A stretch of 63,038 bases of DNA, counting the filler. It is 5 parts of 5 records of this genome, joined end to end, with 100 filler letters (N's around TTAATTAATTAA, not from the genome) between each part and the next. Parts side by side here need not be neighbours in the genome. Positions count along the whole stretch, not along the records: positions 39,877 to 63,038 come from SRR2962707_2379; 4 more parts are not named here. One strand, written 5' to 3'. Shown piece by piece: positions 51,528-61,880 of this stretch. A model generated the notes under the pieces. The model saw nothing but the letters and a program-made list of their open reading frames with translations. It did no database searches and was not told the DNA's origin. The stretch's first letter is position 1; each line of letters opens with the position of its first letter. The translations under genes and the position numbers were made by a program.

Positions 51528-52469
51528 ATGGAAGAAGAATTAATCATAAGCGGAAGAATGAACGACAGGGTAGATCCTGTCCTCAATATTTGGCATTGGG
51601 AAATTCCATTTTACTTGTTTGTTGGAGGGTTAGCTGCCGGAATACTGTTTTTTGCAGCCTTCTATTATCTGAATGGCAAAGAGAAAGAGTATCCTGCTGC
51701 CGTGAAAGTAGCTCCTATGATCACCCCATTTTTGCTGATCATCGGATTGATCGCGCTGTTCCTGGATTTGAATCATAAACTGTATTTCTGGCGTCTTTAT
51801 ACCACGGTTCGACTTGAATCACCCATGTCATGGGGTGCATGGACTTTGATGGTGGTGACACCTTTATCGTTCATCTGGGCAGCCATCCACATGAAAGAAA
51901 TCTTCCCGAAATGGGATTGGAAATTCGAAATCTTGAATAAGATCGAGAAATTCTTAATTGCCAATAAACGAGTCATTGCCTGGATAATGGCAATTTATTC
52001 TGTCTTATTGGGGATTTATACCGGAGTATTGCTTAGCGCATTCAATGCTCGGCCACTTTGGAATACGTCTATTCTAGGGCCACTTTTCCTTGCTTCAGGG
52101 CTTTCAGCTGGTGCGGCTGTCATTGTGCTATTCTCTAAAAACAAACTGGAACGAAGACTATTCAGCAAGATTGATATCATCATCATCGGGGCTGAATTGT
52201 TCTTCATCATCCACATGTTTATGGGATTGCTTGCAAGTACCGAGGTGCAGATAGAAGCCGCTCAACTCTTCCTAAACGGTCCATACACATTACCGTTCTG
52301 GATTTTTGTAGTCTTCCTTGGCATGCTGGTTCCGGCGTTACTTGAGTTTCTGGAATTACGGGGACAAAAGATCCCGGTATTGATTCCGGTGGCATTGATC
52401 CTTCTGGGAAACATCATGCTTCGATTTTTAATAGTTTATGCCGGTCAGGCAAGTAGGTATTTATATTGA
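51528..52469 (+). CDS. NrfD/PsrC membrane anchor
   Basis: WHWEIPFYLFVGGLAAG, LFLDL, SPMSWGAW, YTGVLL, RPLWNT. Confidence 0.9.
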   Translation: MEEELIISGRMNDRVDPVLNIWHWEIPFYLFVGGLAAGILFFAAFYYLNGKEKEYPAAVKVAPMITPFLLIIGLIALFLDLNHKLYFWRLYTTVRLESPMSWGAWTLMVVTPLSFIWAAIHMKEIFPKWDWKFEILNKIEKFLIANKRVIAWIMAIYSVLLGIYTGVLLSAFNARPLWNTSILGPLFLASGLSAGAAVIVLFSKNKLERRLFSKIDIIIIGAELFFIIHMFMGLLASTEVQIEAAQLFLNGPYTLPFWIFVVFLGMLVPALLEFLELRGQKIPVLIPVALILLGNIMLRFLIVYAGQASRYLY

Positions 52470-52479
52470 ACAAACTGAT

Positions 52480-53013
52480 ATGTCACATCACAATTACATC
52501 ACCCATAAAACAAAGTACATGAATCCTTACCTGGCAGGGATTCTGTTGGGAATCGTACTGCTTGCAGCTTTCTACCTGACAGGCAGAGGACTAGGTGCCA
52601 GTGGAGCCATGAAAAGCGTGGTAGTCACCAGTGTGGAGACCATCTCTCATGAGAAGGCAGAAGCATCTGGTTTTTATTCCAAATACATTGCCGGTGGACA
52701 AAATCCGATGAAAAGCTGGTTGGTGTTCGAGGTGCTTGGAGTGCTGGTAGGCGGATTTCTTTCCGGAGCATTAGCAGGTAGATTAAAAATCAAAACGGAG
52801 CATTCACCAAACATTACTTCACGAAAAAGAATCGTCATGGCGGTGATCGGGGGCGTTCTCTTTGGATTTGGATCACAGCTGGGTAGAGGGTGCACAAGCG
52901 GTGCAGCTCTGAGTGGAATGGCTACCTTATCGGTGGCTGGTTTCATTACGATGATGGCCATCTTCGGAACGGCATTCTTATTTGCTTATTTCTTCAGAAA
53001 AAACTGGATTTAA
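52480..53013 (+). CDS. YeeE/YedE family sulfur transporter, half 1
   Basis: NPYLAG, LGASG, GRGCTSG. Confidence 0.85.
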   Translation: MSHHNYITHKTKYMNPYLAGILLGIVLLAAFYLTGRGLGASGAMKSVVVTSVETISHEKAEASGFYSKYIAGGQNPMKSWLVFEVLGVLVGGFLSGALAGRLKIKTEHSPNITSRKRIVMAVIGGVLFGFGSQLGRGCTSGAALSGMATLSVAGFITMMAIFGTAFLFAYFFRKNWI

Positions 53014-53014
53014 C

Positions 53015-53617
53015 ATGGGACCACTTATTCCAATCAATGAAATTTCACAAGAACTCAATTTTCTGATTGCATTTCTAATCGGAATCGGGTTTGGATTTGT
53101 GCTAGAGCAAGCAGGTTTTTCTTCAAGCCGAAAATTAGCCGGCATGTTCTATGGCTATGACACCACCGTGTTGAAAGTGTTTTTTACCGCTGCGATTGTT
53201 GCACTTCTTGGACTGACCTTCTTCAACCAATTTGGATGGATTGACATGAGCATCGTCTATGTCAATGAATACTACATTGATTCCGCCATCATTGGTGGTG
53301 TGATCATGGGTGTCGGCTTTATTGTGGGTGGTTTTTGCCCAGGCACGAGCGTATGTGCAGCGGCTATTGGGAAAATAGATGCGATTGCTTATCTGGGAGG
53401 ATCACTCATAGGTATCTTTCTTTTTGGTGAAACCTATTCCTGGTGGAAAGAAATGTACATGAGGAATTACCTGGGGGATATCAAGGTGTCAACTGCCCTT
53501 GGATTATCAGATGGGCTTATTGTTATAGCAGTCATTGTAGCCGCTGTGGTCATGTTTTGGATAGGCGAGTGGGCTGAGAAGAAATTCAGTCGACCAGACA
53601 TTACTAAAGAGATTTAA
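53015..53617 (+). CDS. YeeE/YedE family sulfur transporter, half 2
   Basis: GIGFGFVLEQAGF, GFCPGTS. Confidence 0.85.
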   Translation: MGPLIPINEISQELNFLIAFLIGIGFGFVLEQAGFSSSRKLAGMFYGYDTTVLKVFFTAAIVALLGLTFFNQFGWIDMSIVYVNEYYIDSAIIGGVIMGVGFIVGGFCPGTSVCAAAIGKIDAIAYLGGSLIGIFLFGETYSWWKEMYMRNYLGDIKVSTALGLSDGLIVIAVIVAAVVMFWIGEWAEKKFSRPDITKEI

Positions 53618-53618
53618 G

Positions 53619-54221
53619 ATGAATACCCGACAAATATTATCCGTATTGCTGGTGATGTTAGGAACCATCGCAGCAATCCTACCATCCGCAACTTCCAAGT
53701 TTAGAAAGTTTACAAAGGAAGAATTGGAAATAGCGATAACCAAGGATACCTATTATGTAACCACGGATGAACTAGCTCATTTGCTCATATCCGGAGATCC
53801 TTCCATTCAATTGGTTGATATCCGGACGAAAGCGGATACTATGTTAGCTAGAGCTATTCATATCCCGGCAGATAGTCTTATGAATCCAAACTATGAGGGT
53901 CTGCTTTATCAAAACATCCGCAGAACCATCTTGTATAGTGATAAAGAAGAGGATGTAAAAGAGGCGTGGAGTAAATTGAAATATGAAGGATATCCCAATG
54001 TATACATGCTCAGAGGTGGGCTGAATGCATGGAAAGCAGACATCCTGAATCCAACCTATCCGGGTGTTTCTTCATCCCAGGACGAATTGGATCTTTACAA
54101 TCAGCGAATTGCTGCCCGTTTGTATTTCACAGGGGCGAAAGCGCTACCAAAAACAGAGTTTAAAGTGATCATTCCGGTTGGGGGAGGCAAGAAAAAGAAA
54201 GTACAAGGCGGATGTAGCTGA
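53619..54221 (+). CDS. Membrane-anchored rhodanese-like protein with C-terminal GGCS
   Basis: N-terminal TM; LVDIR, AIHIP, YMLRGGLNAW; no Cys in the active-site loop (ILYSD); ends KKKKVQGGCS. Confidence 0.82.
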   Translation: MNTRQILSVLLVMLGTIAAILPSATSKFRKFTKEELEIAITKDTYYVTTDELAHLLISGDPSIQLVDIRTKADTMLARAIHIPADSLMNPNYEGLLYQNIRRTILYSDKEEDVKEAWSKLKYEGYPNVYMLRGGLNAWKADILNPTYPGVSSSQDELDLYNQRIAARLYFTGAKALPKTEFKVIIPVGGGKKKKVQGGCS

Positions 54222-54245
54222 TTCAGCAGGCATTAATATTGAACA

Positions 54246-54638
54246 ATGAAAAAAGACATAACTTCTTCTAAAGACGTACGATTATTGGTGGATACTTTCT
54301 ATGGAAAGGTGAAGCAGGACAAGGAAATCGGATACGTATTTAACGATGTGATGAAAGTAAATTGGGAGGCTCATCTTCCCAAAATGTATGGCTTCTGGGA
54401 GATCTTATTGCTAGGAAAGATGGGCGTGCAAACCAACCCCATGCAAAAACACATGGAGGTGAACGCCAAAGAACGCATCACAGAATCACACTTTGATCGT
54501 TGGGTGACGTTGTGGTTTCAAACAATTGATGAATTGTTCGAAGGAACGAATGCGGATCTGGCCAAAGAGCGCACAAAAGCGATCAAACAAACCATGTATC
54601 AGCGAATCAGGATGAGTGAAGCCAACGAGCTCTCCTGA
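54246..54638 (+). CDS. Group III truncated haemoglobin
   Basis: LVDTFYGKV, WEAHLPKMYGFW, PMQKH, HFDRWVTLW. Confidence 0.88.
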   Translation: MKKDITSSKDVRLLVDTFYGKVKQDKEIGYVFNDVMKVNWEAHLPKMYGFWEILLLGKMGVQTNPMQKHMEVNAKERITESHFDRWVTLWFQTIDELFEGTNADLAKERTKAIKQTMYQRIRMSEANELS

Positions 54639-54643
54639 ATGAT

Positions 54644-54952
54644 TTAATTGGCAGGTCTCTTGCGAGGCATGTCTTTCTCAATGGTGACCTCTAGATCACC
54701 TATAGTTCTTGAATATCCAACCTTGCTGGTATTGACCCAATGATCCATCAGGCTTTCAGGGAAGTAAAAGGTGAAGGCCTGATTGGTAAATACTAAATCC
54801 AACTCTTTGATATCTTTTACTTCAAGTCTTATCTTGAGACTATTCCCTCGTAATTCAGTCACCTGTTCCAGAGCGCCTTTTGTAGCCAGTGTTTGCACTT
54901 CTTCCGGTTGTAATCGAAGGGTTATGTCAGATGCCTGTATTCGTAACTTCAT
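54644..54952 (-). CDS. Conserved hypothetical protein
   Basis: MKLRIQ...LRL N-terminus and IEKD near the C-terminus; co-oriented with mobA. Confidence 0.7.
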   Translation of the reverse strand: MKLRIQASDITLRLQPEEVQTLATKGALEQVTELRGNSLKIRLEVKDIKELDLVFTNQAFTFYFPESLMDHWVNTSKVGYSRTIGDLEVTIEKDMPRKRPAN

Positions 54953-54977
54953 GGGATTTCAAATTAGACAAAATTTG

Positions 54978-55562
54978 TCAACGAAGTAATTGTTTTGCTT
55001 TTTCAAATTCTTCGGGAATATTCGCATTATACAATTCCTGATCATTGGTTGGTGTGATCAGTTTCACATCTGATTCCAGTAGGAATTTCCTCAAGGATTG
55101 ATTTTCCGGTTGCTGGTAAAATACTTCCAGCTTTTCAAGTGTCGAAGGCTCATAAATGCCAATCAAAGGCTCTGGAAGTGTTGATTTGTTTGTTCGATAG
55201 AGGGTTGCCATTTTAGACACATCTCGAGATTCAATAAGTGTTTTGATGGTTTCCTCATTGATTAATGGTAAGTCGACTGCCATTACCAGAACTGCCTTAT
55301 TTGGATGGCTTTTTAGTGCACTCATGATTCCATTCATCGGTCCCTTGATGGAGTAGCTGTCCTCAATAAGCTTGGTCGTGAAATCGCATGTTTGCCCCTT
55401 GTGCACAGACACATAACAGTCAGAAAGGAGAGAGCAGAGTAAGTCAAATAGGTATTCCGCATGAGGTTTGCCGTGGTAATCCAAGGTGGATTTATCTGTT
55501 CCCATGCGATGACTCTCGCCACCCATCATCACAATCCCTATCAAATCAATGGTTGTATTCAT
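54978..55562 (-). CDS. mobA: Molybdenum cofactor guanylyltransferase
   Basis: GGESHRMGTDK, GPMNGI, AVDLP, PEPLIGIY. Confidence 0.85.
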   Translation of the reverse strand: MNTTIDLIGIVMMGGESHRMGTDKSTLDYHGKPHAEYLFDLLCSLLSDCYVSVHKGQTCDFTTKLIEDSYSIKGPMNGIMSALKSHPNKAVLVMAVDLPLINEETIKTLIESRDVSKMATLYRTNKSTLPEPLIGIYEPSTLEKLEVFYQQPENQSLRKFLLESDVKLITPTNDQELYNANIPEEFEKAKQLLR

Positions 55563-55565
55563 GGT

Positions 55566-56072
55566 TCAGAACAATGATCCTGTTTTCGGAAGCGCCTGTC
55601 TTCGAAGGTGCATAAGGTACAATTGGGCGCAAGCATGAGCATCGCTGTAGGCATCATGATGGTTGAGCTCAATTTTGTACTTCTTACTCAAATAGGCCAG
55701 TCCCCTTCGATAGATCACGCGTGTGCATCTCACTTCAAAATATGGCTGTGCAATGTCATAAAAGGCCAATGTATTCTGAAGGCAATTGACGTCAAATCCG
55801 GCATTGTGTGCTACAAATACTTCATCTTCGACTAGGTGCCGTATGTCGAACCAAACGTCTTCAAAGGTTGGTGCATCTTCGGTATCTTCTGGCTTGATAC
55901 CATGTACTTCGATGTTCTTGTAGAAGTAGGTGTTTTTGGGCGGCTGTACCAATCGGTTAACCTTTTCGGTAATCACTCCATCTTCCATCCGAACAATGCC
56001 AACCTGGCAGATGCTATTCGGGTTCCAGGTTGCAGTTTCAAAATCGATGGCGGTGAAGGATTCAAGAGGCAT
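55566..56072 (-). CDS. DEDDh 3'-5' exonuclease (DnaQ-like)
   Basis: [22 protein letters not shown]. Confidence 0.9.
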   Translation of the reverse strand: MPLESFTAIDFETATWNPNSICQVGIVRMEDGVITEKVNRLVQPPKNTYFYKNIEVHGIKPEDTEDAPTFEDVWFDIRHLVEDEVFVAHNAGFDVNCLQNTLAFYDIAQPYFEVRCTRVIYRRGLAYLSKKYKIELNHHDAYSDAHACAQLYLMHLRRQALPKTGSLF

Positions 56073-59000
56073 TGTTTGGATCTGATCTATCTTCGTTTGA
56101 TTGCCCCAATTTAAACAGGTTTACCTTCTCACGAAGATCCTCAACGATGGCTGTAACTGACTTTGTCCGTTCAGAGTATTCAGTCATTCCAGAACTCAAT
56201 TCAGTAGATGAACTGGCTATTTCCTCGGTTCCGGCAGCTGTCTGTTCTGCGATCACGACCACACTCTCCATAAGCTCTACCACCTGTCTGACGCTTTCGT
56301 TTTGATTCTTGGTGGCTTCCACAATTTGATTACTCAGATTCAAAGTTTCTGAGTAGGAGGAAGCCAGGGTTTCGAATGAATGAGAAGCATCATTTGAGGC
56401 TTCAACACCTCCCTGGATATCGTTGTTCATCTCAGTAATTAAATCTGTTGTGGTATTAATTGACTCCTGTACTTCGTCAATCATTCGCTCAATTTCAGTT
56501 GTAGAACGGCTAGAATCCTCGGCGAGCTTTCTGATTTGCTCTGCAACAACAGAAAATCCTCTTCCCGACTCACCGGCTTTTGCTGCTTCAATAGCTGCAT
56601 TAAGCGCCAACATGTTAGTCTGCACAGCAATATCCTTGATGATGTTAAGTACCCTGGAAATCTCAGTAGAGCGTTCTGATAATGTTTCAATTGAATGATT
56701 GGTTTGCCTGGAAACTTCGAGCATTTTTTGCATACTGGCATCCATTCTTGAGATGAGGTTCTTTCCTGTATCACTTAGCTGAACACCATTTTCTGCTGCG
56801 CTGTTGATAGATTCTGCCTGAATACCTACATCGTTGGAAAATGCCAAGATGTTTTCAAGGATAGTTGACGCTTCATCAATTCGTTGAACCTGGTTTTGTG
56901 CTCCCCGGCTCATCTCTGCAATGGAAGATGCAATCTCCTTGGTGCTCACATTCATTTCTTCGCTACTCACGATCATCTCATTAGAAGAGTCACCAATAAC
57001 CTCCGCTTTTTGGATAATATCACTAAGCAGTGATGATAAATTATTCAAGGCGTGGTTGAGATTATCTGTGATATTCTTTACATCACCCTTAGCTTCACCT
57101 TCATATCGCTCGCTTAGATCACTGGAAGCCATCGAATTAACCACCTTATTGATGCCATTAAAAGGAGTTAGGATTGAATCGAATAGTCGATTGATGGAAT
57201 CTCCCAGATTTTTCCATTCCCCGGTTTTTGTGGTCGTATCTATCCGAGCGGAGAAGTTACCTGATTCTACTGCTTCACGTATCACAAAATTGGTATCCTC
57301 AATTGCGCCTGCAAGGTTTTCTTGCTGGTCCTGCAATACCTTGTTTTGCTCACGCATCTGATGAGTAGCAGCCGACACCCTGTTTTCCAATTCCAGTTTC
57401 TGGGATTTAATCTGATTGGCACGCCATCGATAGATTATAATCGTCGAAGTAATGATTACAATACCAAGTAACATTCTAAACCACCAAGTAGCCCACCAGG
57501 GTGGCAGCACGTTGATTTTGAGTATTCGTTCGTTGGTAGACCAAACCCCATCACTATTGGTTCCCTGAACATGGAATACATACGAATCCGGATCAAGGTT
57601 GGTGTAATTGGCAGTACGTTTGGATGCGCTGGAATTAACCCAACCCTGGTCAAACCCTTCCAGCATGTATCGATACTTATTGGATTGTGGAGAGGTATAG
57701 TCGAGGGAAGCAAATTCAATTTCCAGGACGTTCTGATCGTGTGTTAATGTCAGTTCTTCAAGGTAGGAGAGTGATTGCTCAATAATAGGCTTGCCCTTTC
57801 GTGTAAATTCACCAATGGGCTTGTCAAACAATCGAATAGCAGTGATTACAACCTTAGGATTAAATGTGCTTAGTGAGACTTCCTTCGGATCGAAATCATT
57901 CATTCCTTTGATTCCTCCAAAATACATTCTTCCGGAACTAGACTTTAAAGATGAGGTATAGTTGAATTCATTGCCCTGCAGGCCATCAGATGTTGTGAAA
58001 TTTTGAATCTCATCAGTTTCCGGGTTGTATTTGCTCAGTCCCTTATTCGTGCTGATCCATAAGTTATTGGTGTTATCTTCCAGGATGCCATTTATAACAG
58101 GATTGGCTAGCAACTCATTTACTGGAGAAGCAGTGATTTTTTTAGTGGCCAGATCCATGATATTCATGCCTTCTGCAGTGCCTATCCAAAGTCTTCCTTT
58201 CCCATCTTCATAAAGGGTCCTGATGTTATCATTCAGGATTGAGTTGGGGTTCTCCGGGTCGTTTCTGTAGACCTTGAATATGCCTTTATCACGATCAAAT
58301 AAATTCAATCCGGCATCTTCCGTTCCTATCCAAAAGTTGTTTTTGGAATCTTCCAACATAGTAATGATCAGGTTGCTACTGATCGAACCCTGACCGCCCG
58401 TTTCATAATGTGTAAAATCATTGGTTAACGGATTGTACTTATCCAAACCTCCATCAAGTAATCCTACCCAAAGATCACTTCTTGAGTCCTGAAGTAGTGC
58501 CCAAACATTTCTACTGTTGATACTGGTAGGGTCATCGGGGTTAGGAGCAAAGCGTTCAAAACTACCCGTCCGCATATTCATTTTGTTCAATCCACCAGCA
58601 TAGGTTCCAACCCAGAGATAACCATCTTTATCTTCCAGCAATGAAATGGGGACGTTGCTGCTAATACTGTTTCGATTGGTGTTGTTTTTGTAATGCCTGA
58701 ATTCCCCGGTTGAAGGATCTAATCGATCCAGTCCTCCACCATCTGTTCCTATCCAAATGAAACCATCATTTGATTCATGTAGTGCAATGACTGAATTGAA
58801 ACTAAGACTGTTGTTTTCACCCGGGATTTGTTCGAACGTATGAAATTTGGATCTGAACCTACTGTAAATGTTTACCCCGCCACGAAAGGTACTGACCCAT
58901 ACTACACCGGAATTGTCTTCATAGATTTCATATATGGCATCACTGCTTAGACTTTCTGTGTCAAACAGGCTGGACTGGATGTACGAAAATTGATTGGTGT

Positions 59001-59883
59001 TCTTATTCAATACGTTAATTCCACGCCCATCCGTTCCGATGTAAATCAACCCATCGCGCCCTTCGTAGATGGTCGTAACTATATCTGATGTCAGTCCGCT
59101 GGATGCTGCAGTATATATTCGGAATTGTGATCTGGATTCATTAAAACGAACTAGTCCGTTACCATCTGTGCCAATCCATAATTCTCCTTGCGAATCATAG
59201 AAAAGGGGCTTTCTATTGGTTTCACTCAAGGTGAAATCGTCGTTGTAAGAGAAATACTGGAATGTGTTGTTTTTATAATCATATAAGTCAATTCCCCCAG
59301 AATGGGTACCAATCCAATATTGACCTTGACGGCCTGGAACTATGCTAAATACATTGTTATTAGATAAGGTACTTGGATTACCCGGATCATTTTGGATAAC
59401 CTGAAAAGTCCTTGCATCCAGATCAAAAATGTTCAGCCCACCTCCATGATTGGCGATTAATACCTTTCTGTCAGGTGTCATGATCATTTTCCTTATCTGA
59501 CCTTCAGGAAGTCCTTCCACACCTTTTGGTTGAATGGATGTGAAACGCTCCGTATGATAGTTAAAAATGCTAATTCCGCTATTTCTGGTACCAATCCAAA
59601 TGTTACCATCTGGATCTTCTGCAATTGAAGTAATGATGTTGCCTGCAAGGCTTTCCGGATTATCCCGTTCTGACTTATACACCTGAATGGTATACCCATC
59701 GTATCGGTTTAATCCGTCGATGGTACCAATCCAGACATACCCTTTACTGTCCTTATATACGCAATTAACAGTACCTGTAGATAATCCCTGATCGGAGGTA
59801 ATATGGTCAAATTTCCATGTGTTTTGGGAATGTGCGGCTACAAGTACTAAGCTCATAGCAAGTATGAAAAAGTGGTACCGCAT
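56062..59883 (-). CDS. Beta-propeller + Y_Y_Y sensor fused to a methyl-accepting chemotaxis domain
   Basis: Repeated D..G.LWIGT..GL blades; YRYMLEGFD...[61 protein letters not shown] tip. Confidence 0.9.
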   Translation of the reverse strand: MRYHFFILAMSLVLVAAHSQNTWKFDHITSDQGLSTGTVNCVYKDSKGYVWIGTIDGLNRYDGYTIQVYKSERDNPESLAGNIITSIAEDPDGNIWIGTRNSGISIFNYHTERFTSIQPKGVEGLPEGQIRKMIMTPDRKVLIANHGGGLNIFDLDARTFQVIQNDPGNPSTLSNNNVFSIVPGRQGQYWIGTHSGGIDLYDYKNNTFQYFSYNDDFTLSETNRKPLFYDSQGELWIGTDGNGLVRFNESRSQFRIYTAASSGLTSDIVTTIYEGRDGLIYIGTDGRGINVLNKNTNQFSYIQSSLFDTESLSSDAIYEIYEDNSGVVWVSTFRGGVNIYSRFRSKFHTFEQIPGENNSLSFNSVIALHESNDGFIWIGTDGGGLDRLDPSTGEFRHYKNNTNRNSISSNVPISLLEDKDGYLWVGTYAGGLNKMNMRTGSFERFAPNPDDPTSINSRNVWALLQDSRSDLWVGLLDGGLDKYNPLTNDFTHYETGGQGSISSNLIITMLEDSKNNFWIGTEDAGLNLFDRDKGIFKVYRNDPENPNSILNDNIRTLYEDGKGRLWIGTAEGMNIMDLATKKITASPVNELLANPVINGILEDNTNNLWISTNKGLSKYNPETDEIQNFTTSDGLQGNEFNYTSSLKSSSGRMYFGGIKGMNDFDPKEVSLSTFNPKVVITAIRLFDKPIGEFTRKGKPIIEQSLSYLEELTLTHDQNVLEIEFASLDYTSPQSNKYRYMLEGFDQGWVNSSASKRTANYTNLDPDSYVFHVQGTNSDGVWSTNERILKINVLPPWWATWWFRMLLGIVIITSTIIIYRWRANQIKSQKLELENRVSAATHQMREQNKVLQDQQENLAGAIEDTNFVIREAVESGNFSARIDTTTKTGEWKNLGDSINRLFDSILTPFNGINKVVNSMASSDLSERYEGEAKGDVKNITDNLNHALNNLSSLLSDIIQKAEVIGDSSNEMIVSSEEMNVSTKEIASSIAEMSRGAQNQVQRIDEASTILENILAFSNDVGIQAESINSAAENGVQLSDTGKNLISRMDASMQKMLEVSRQTNHSIETLSERSTEISRVLNIIKDIAVQTNMLALNAAIEAAKAGESGRGFSVVAEQIRKLAEDSSRSTTEIERMIDEVQESINTTTDLITEMNNDIQGGVEASNDASHSFETLASSYSETLNLSNQIVEATKNQNESVRQVVELMESVVVIAEQTAAGTEEIASSSTELSSGMTEYSERTKSVTAIVEDLREKVNLFKLGQSNEDRSDPNNAS

Positions 59884-60116
59884 AAATAATAGCTTGGACA
59901 TTAATGTTGTTAAGTCCAATATAAGATTTATTGAGAGTATTTACGGCCTTTTTATACTGATTCATACAGATTTCGTCGTTTATATATTATAATTCTGGTA
60001 AGTTTTTGATGCTGGCCTAGTGCAAATCCGTTATCGGCATTATCCTCGTATTTTATCTAACTGAATTTTGATCTCAGAAGATTCTTGAACAACTTACATA
60101 TCACAGCCTTAGTAGC

Positions 60117-61880
60117 ATGCGCCTTTTCTTCGTCACCATATTTTTATCTGCTTGTTCTTTCGCTTTAGCCCAGGATAGTTGGAGTCAGATATTAGGGAAG
60201 AAAGAGGGCAAAGTGGTTTTTCACTGGTTTCCCAACAACGTCAATGTGTCTGAATCTAAGGATGTCATAGATGGGGTAGAACATGACCTGGCATTTGCAT
60301 TTATTCGTTACCTCAACCAGAAGTACAATGTCAATATTGAAGTGGAATGGGTCGAAACTGCAAGCTTCAATACCGTGATGGAGACAGTACGTAGAGGTAG
60401 AAGCGGTGTTTTCGGGGCATCTTCCATTTCCATTACTGAGGAACGCATGAAGGACTTAAGTTTTACTCCTCCATATTTAGCTGATATAGCTGTTTTGATA
60501 TCGAGTCCTAAAATTCCTATTGCGCATTCACCGGACGATTTCAATGCAATTTTCAATGGAAAGTCAGCTGTTACCATAGAGAACACCACCTTGTACGATG
60601 CAATCAAAGAACTACAGGGACAATTGGATATTGATTTGAAAATTCAATATGTATCGAATAGTGGTCAGATCATTGATGAAATCGAAAAACGTGATGATGC
60701 ATTTGGCTACATTGACTTGCCCAATTTCCTGGTATCCGTCCAGAATGCTTCCAAGATTCGGAGGCAATTTTTCTATCCAATTAAGCTTCGAGGATTGGCT
60801 ATGATCTATCCTAAAAACAGTGATTGGAAAGCAGCTGTAGACGATTACTTTTCTAGTGCCCAATTTGAATCTGATAAGCAGATCATCATTCAGCGCTATT
60901 TCGGAGAAGACATCACAGACATTTTCGATCGTATTTCAAGGTCGGCTGAAATTGGGCCGTTTGAAGAAATCATGATATCCAACAGGGAAAAGGAGGTACA
61001 ATATGAGGAGCTTCTTGAAGCTGCACAACGAGCAAAGGATAGTGACAGGACCACCGCTGTTTTGGTGGTCGTTTTAGCCTTTGTGGGTTTTGGTCTTTTT
61101 CTATTGGTGATCAACAACAGGATCAAAACCCAATCCAATAAGAAGCTAACCGAGCAACAGGTCATAATTGCCGAACGCAATGAAATGTTAAAGCAATTGA
61201 ATGAAGAGAAGAATGACCTGATTAAAGTCCTTGCGCATGATCTGCGATCACCACTATCAAATATTATTACTTCCTCACAATTGCTTGAAGAGCGAGCGAA
61301 CCTTGACGAAACCAATGCTCAAATCCTGTCCTTTATCTCCCAGTCCTCAGAGAAAATTCAGTCCATGATCACGAAGATTCTGGATGTGGAAGCCATTGAT
61401 TCAGGAGAGCGCAACATGAAAATGGAAGTTCTTGATATAAGTAAGATTGCTGATGAAATCATCAAGGAGAATCAAGCTCGAGCAGATTATAAAGGTATCA
61501 AACTAATCATGCAGGGTGAATCGAAATTAAATGCTGCAGCTGACAAGTTCTACATCACCCAGGTAATAGAGAATCTGGTTAGCAATGCCATCAAGTTCAG
61601 TGATTCAGGATCAAATATCACAATTATTCTTTCTAATTATAACGGGATGTCTAGAATAACTGTAAAGGATGAGGGGCCAGGCTTTTCAGAAGAGGATCAA
61701 AAAAGCATTTTTAAGAAATTTCATAAGCTCACTGCTGAACCAACCGGGGGTGAAGAGACGGTGGGATTAGGCCTTTCTATCGTTAAATCTTACACAGAAT
61801 TGATGGGAGGGGAGATTTCTTTTGAAACACAAGAAGGAGTAGGGACTTCTTTTTATGTGGATTTAAAGCAATCTGTCTAA
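60117..61880 (+). CDS. Sensor histidine kinase with periplasmic solute-binding (family 3-like) domain
   Basis: SSISITEER...FTPPY; TM; HDLRSP H-box; NLVSNAIKFS, DEGPG, GLGL. Confidence 0.88.
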   Translation: MRLFFVTIFLSACSFALAQDSWSQILGKKEGKVVFHWFPNNVNVSESKDVIDGVEHDLAFAFIRYLNQKYNVNIEVEWVETASFNTVMETVRRGRSGVFGASSISITEERMKDLSFTPPYLADIAVLISSPKIPIAHSPDDFNAIFNGKSAVTIENTTLYDAIKELQGQLDIDLKIQYVSNSGQIIDEIEKRDDAFGYIDLPNFLVSVQNASKIRRQFFYPIKLRGLAMIYPKNSDWKAAVDDYFSSAQFESDKQIIIQRYFGEDITDIFDRISRSAEIGPFEEIMISNREKEVQYEELLEAAQRAKDSDRTTAVLVVVLAFVGFGLFLLVINNRIKTQSNKKLTEQQVIIAERNEMLKQLNEEKNDLIKVLAHDLRSPLSNIITSSQLLEERANLDETNAQILSFISQSSEKIQSMITKILDVEAIDSGERNMKMEVLDISKIADEIIKENQARADYKGIKLIMQGESKLNAAADKFYITQVIENLVSNAIKFSDSGSNITIILSNYNGMSRITVKDEGPGFSEEDQKSIFKKFHKLTAEPTGGEETVGLGLSIVKSYTELMGGEISFETQEGVGTSFYVDLKQSV

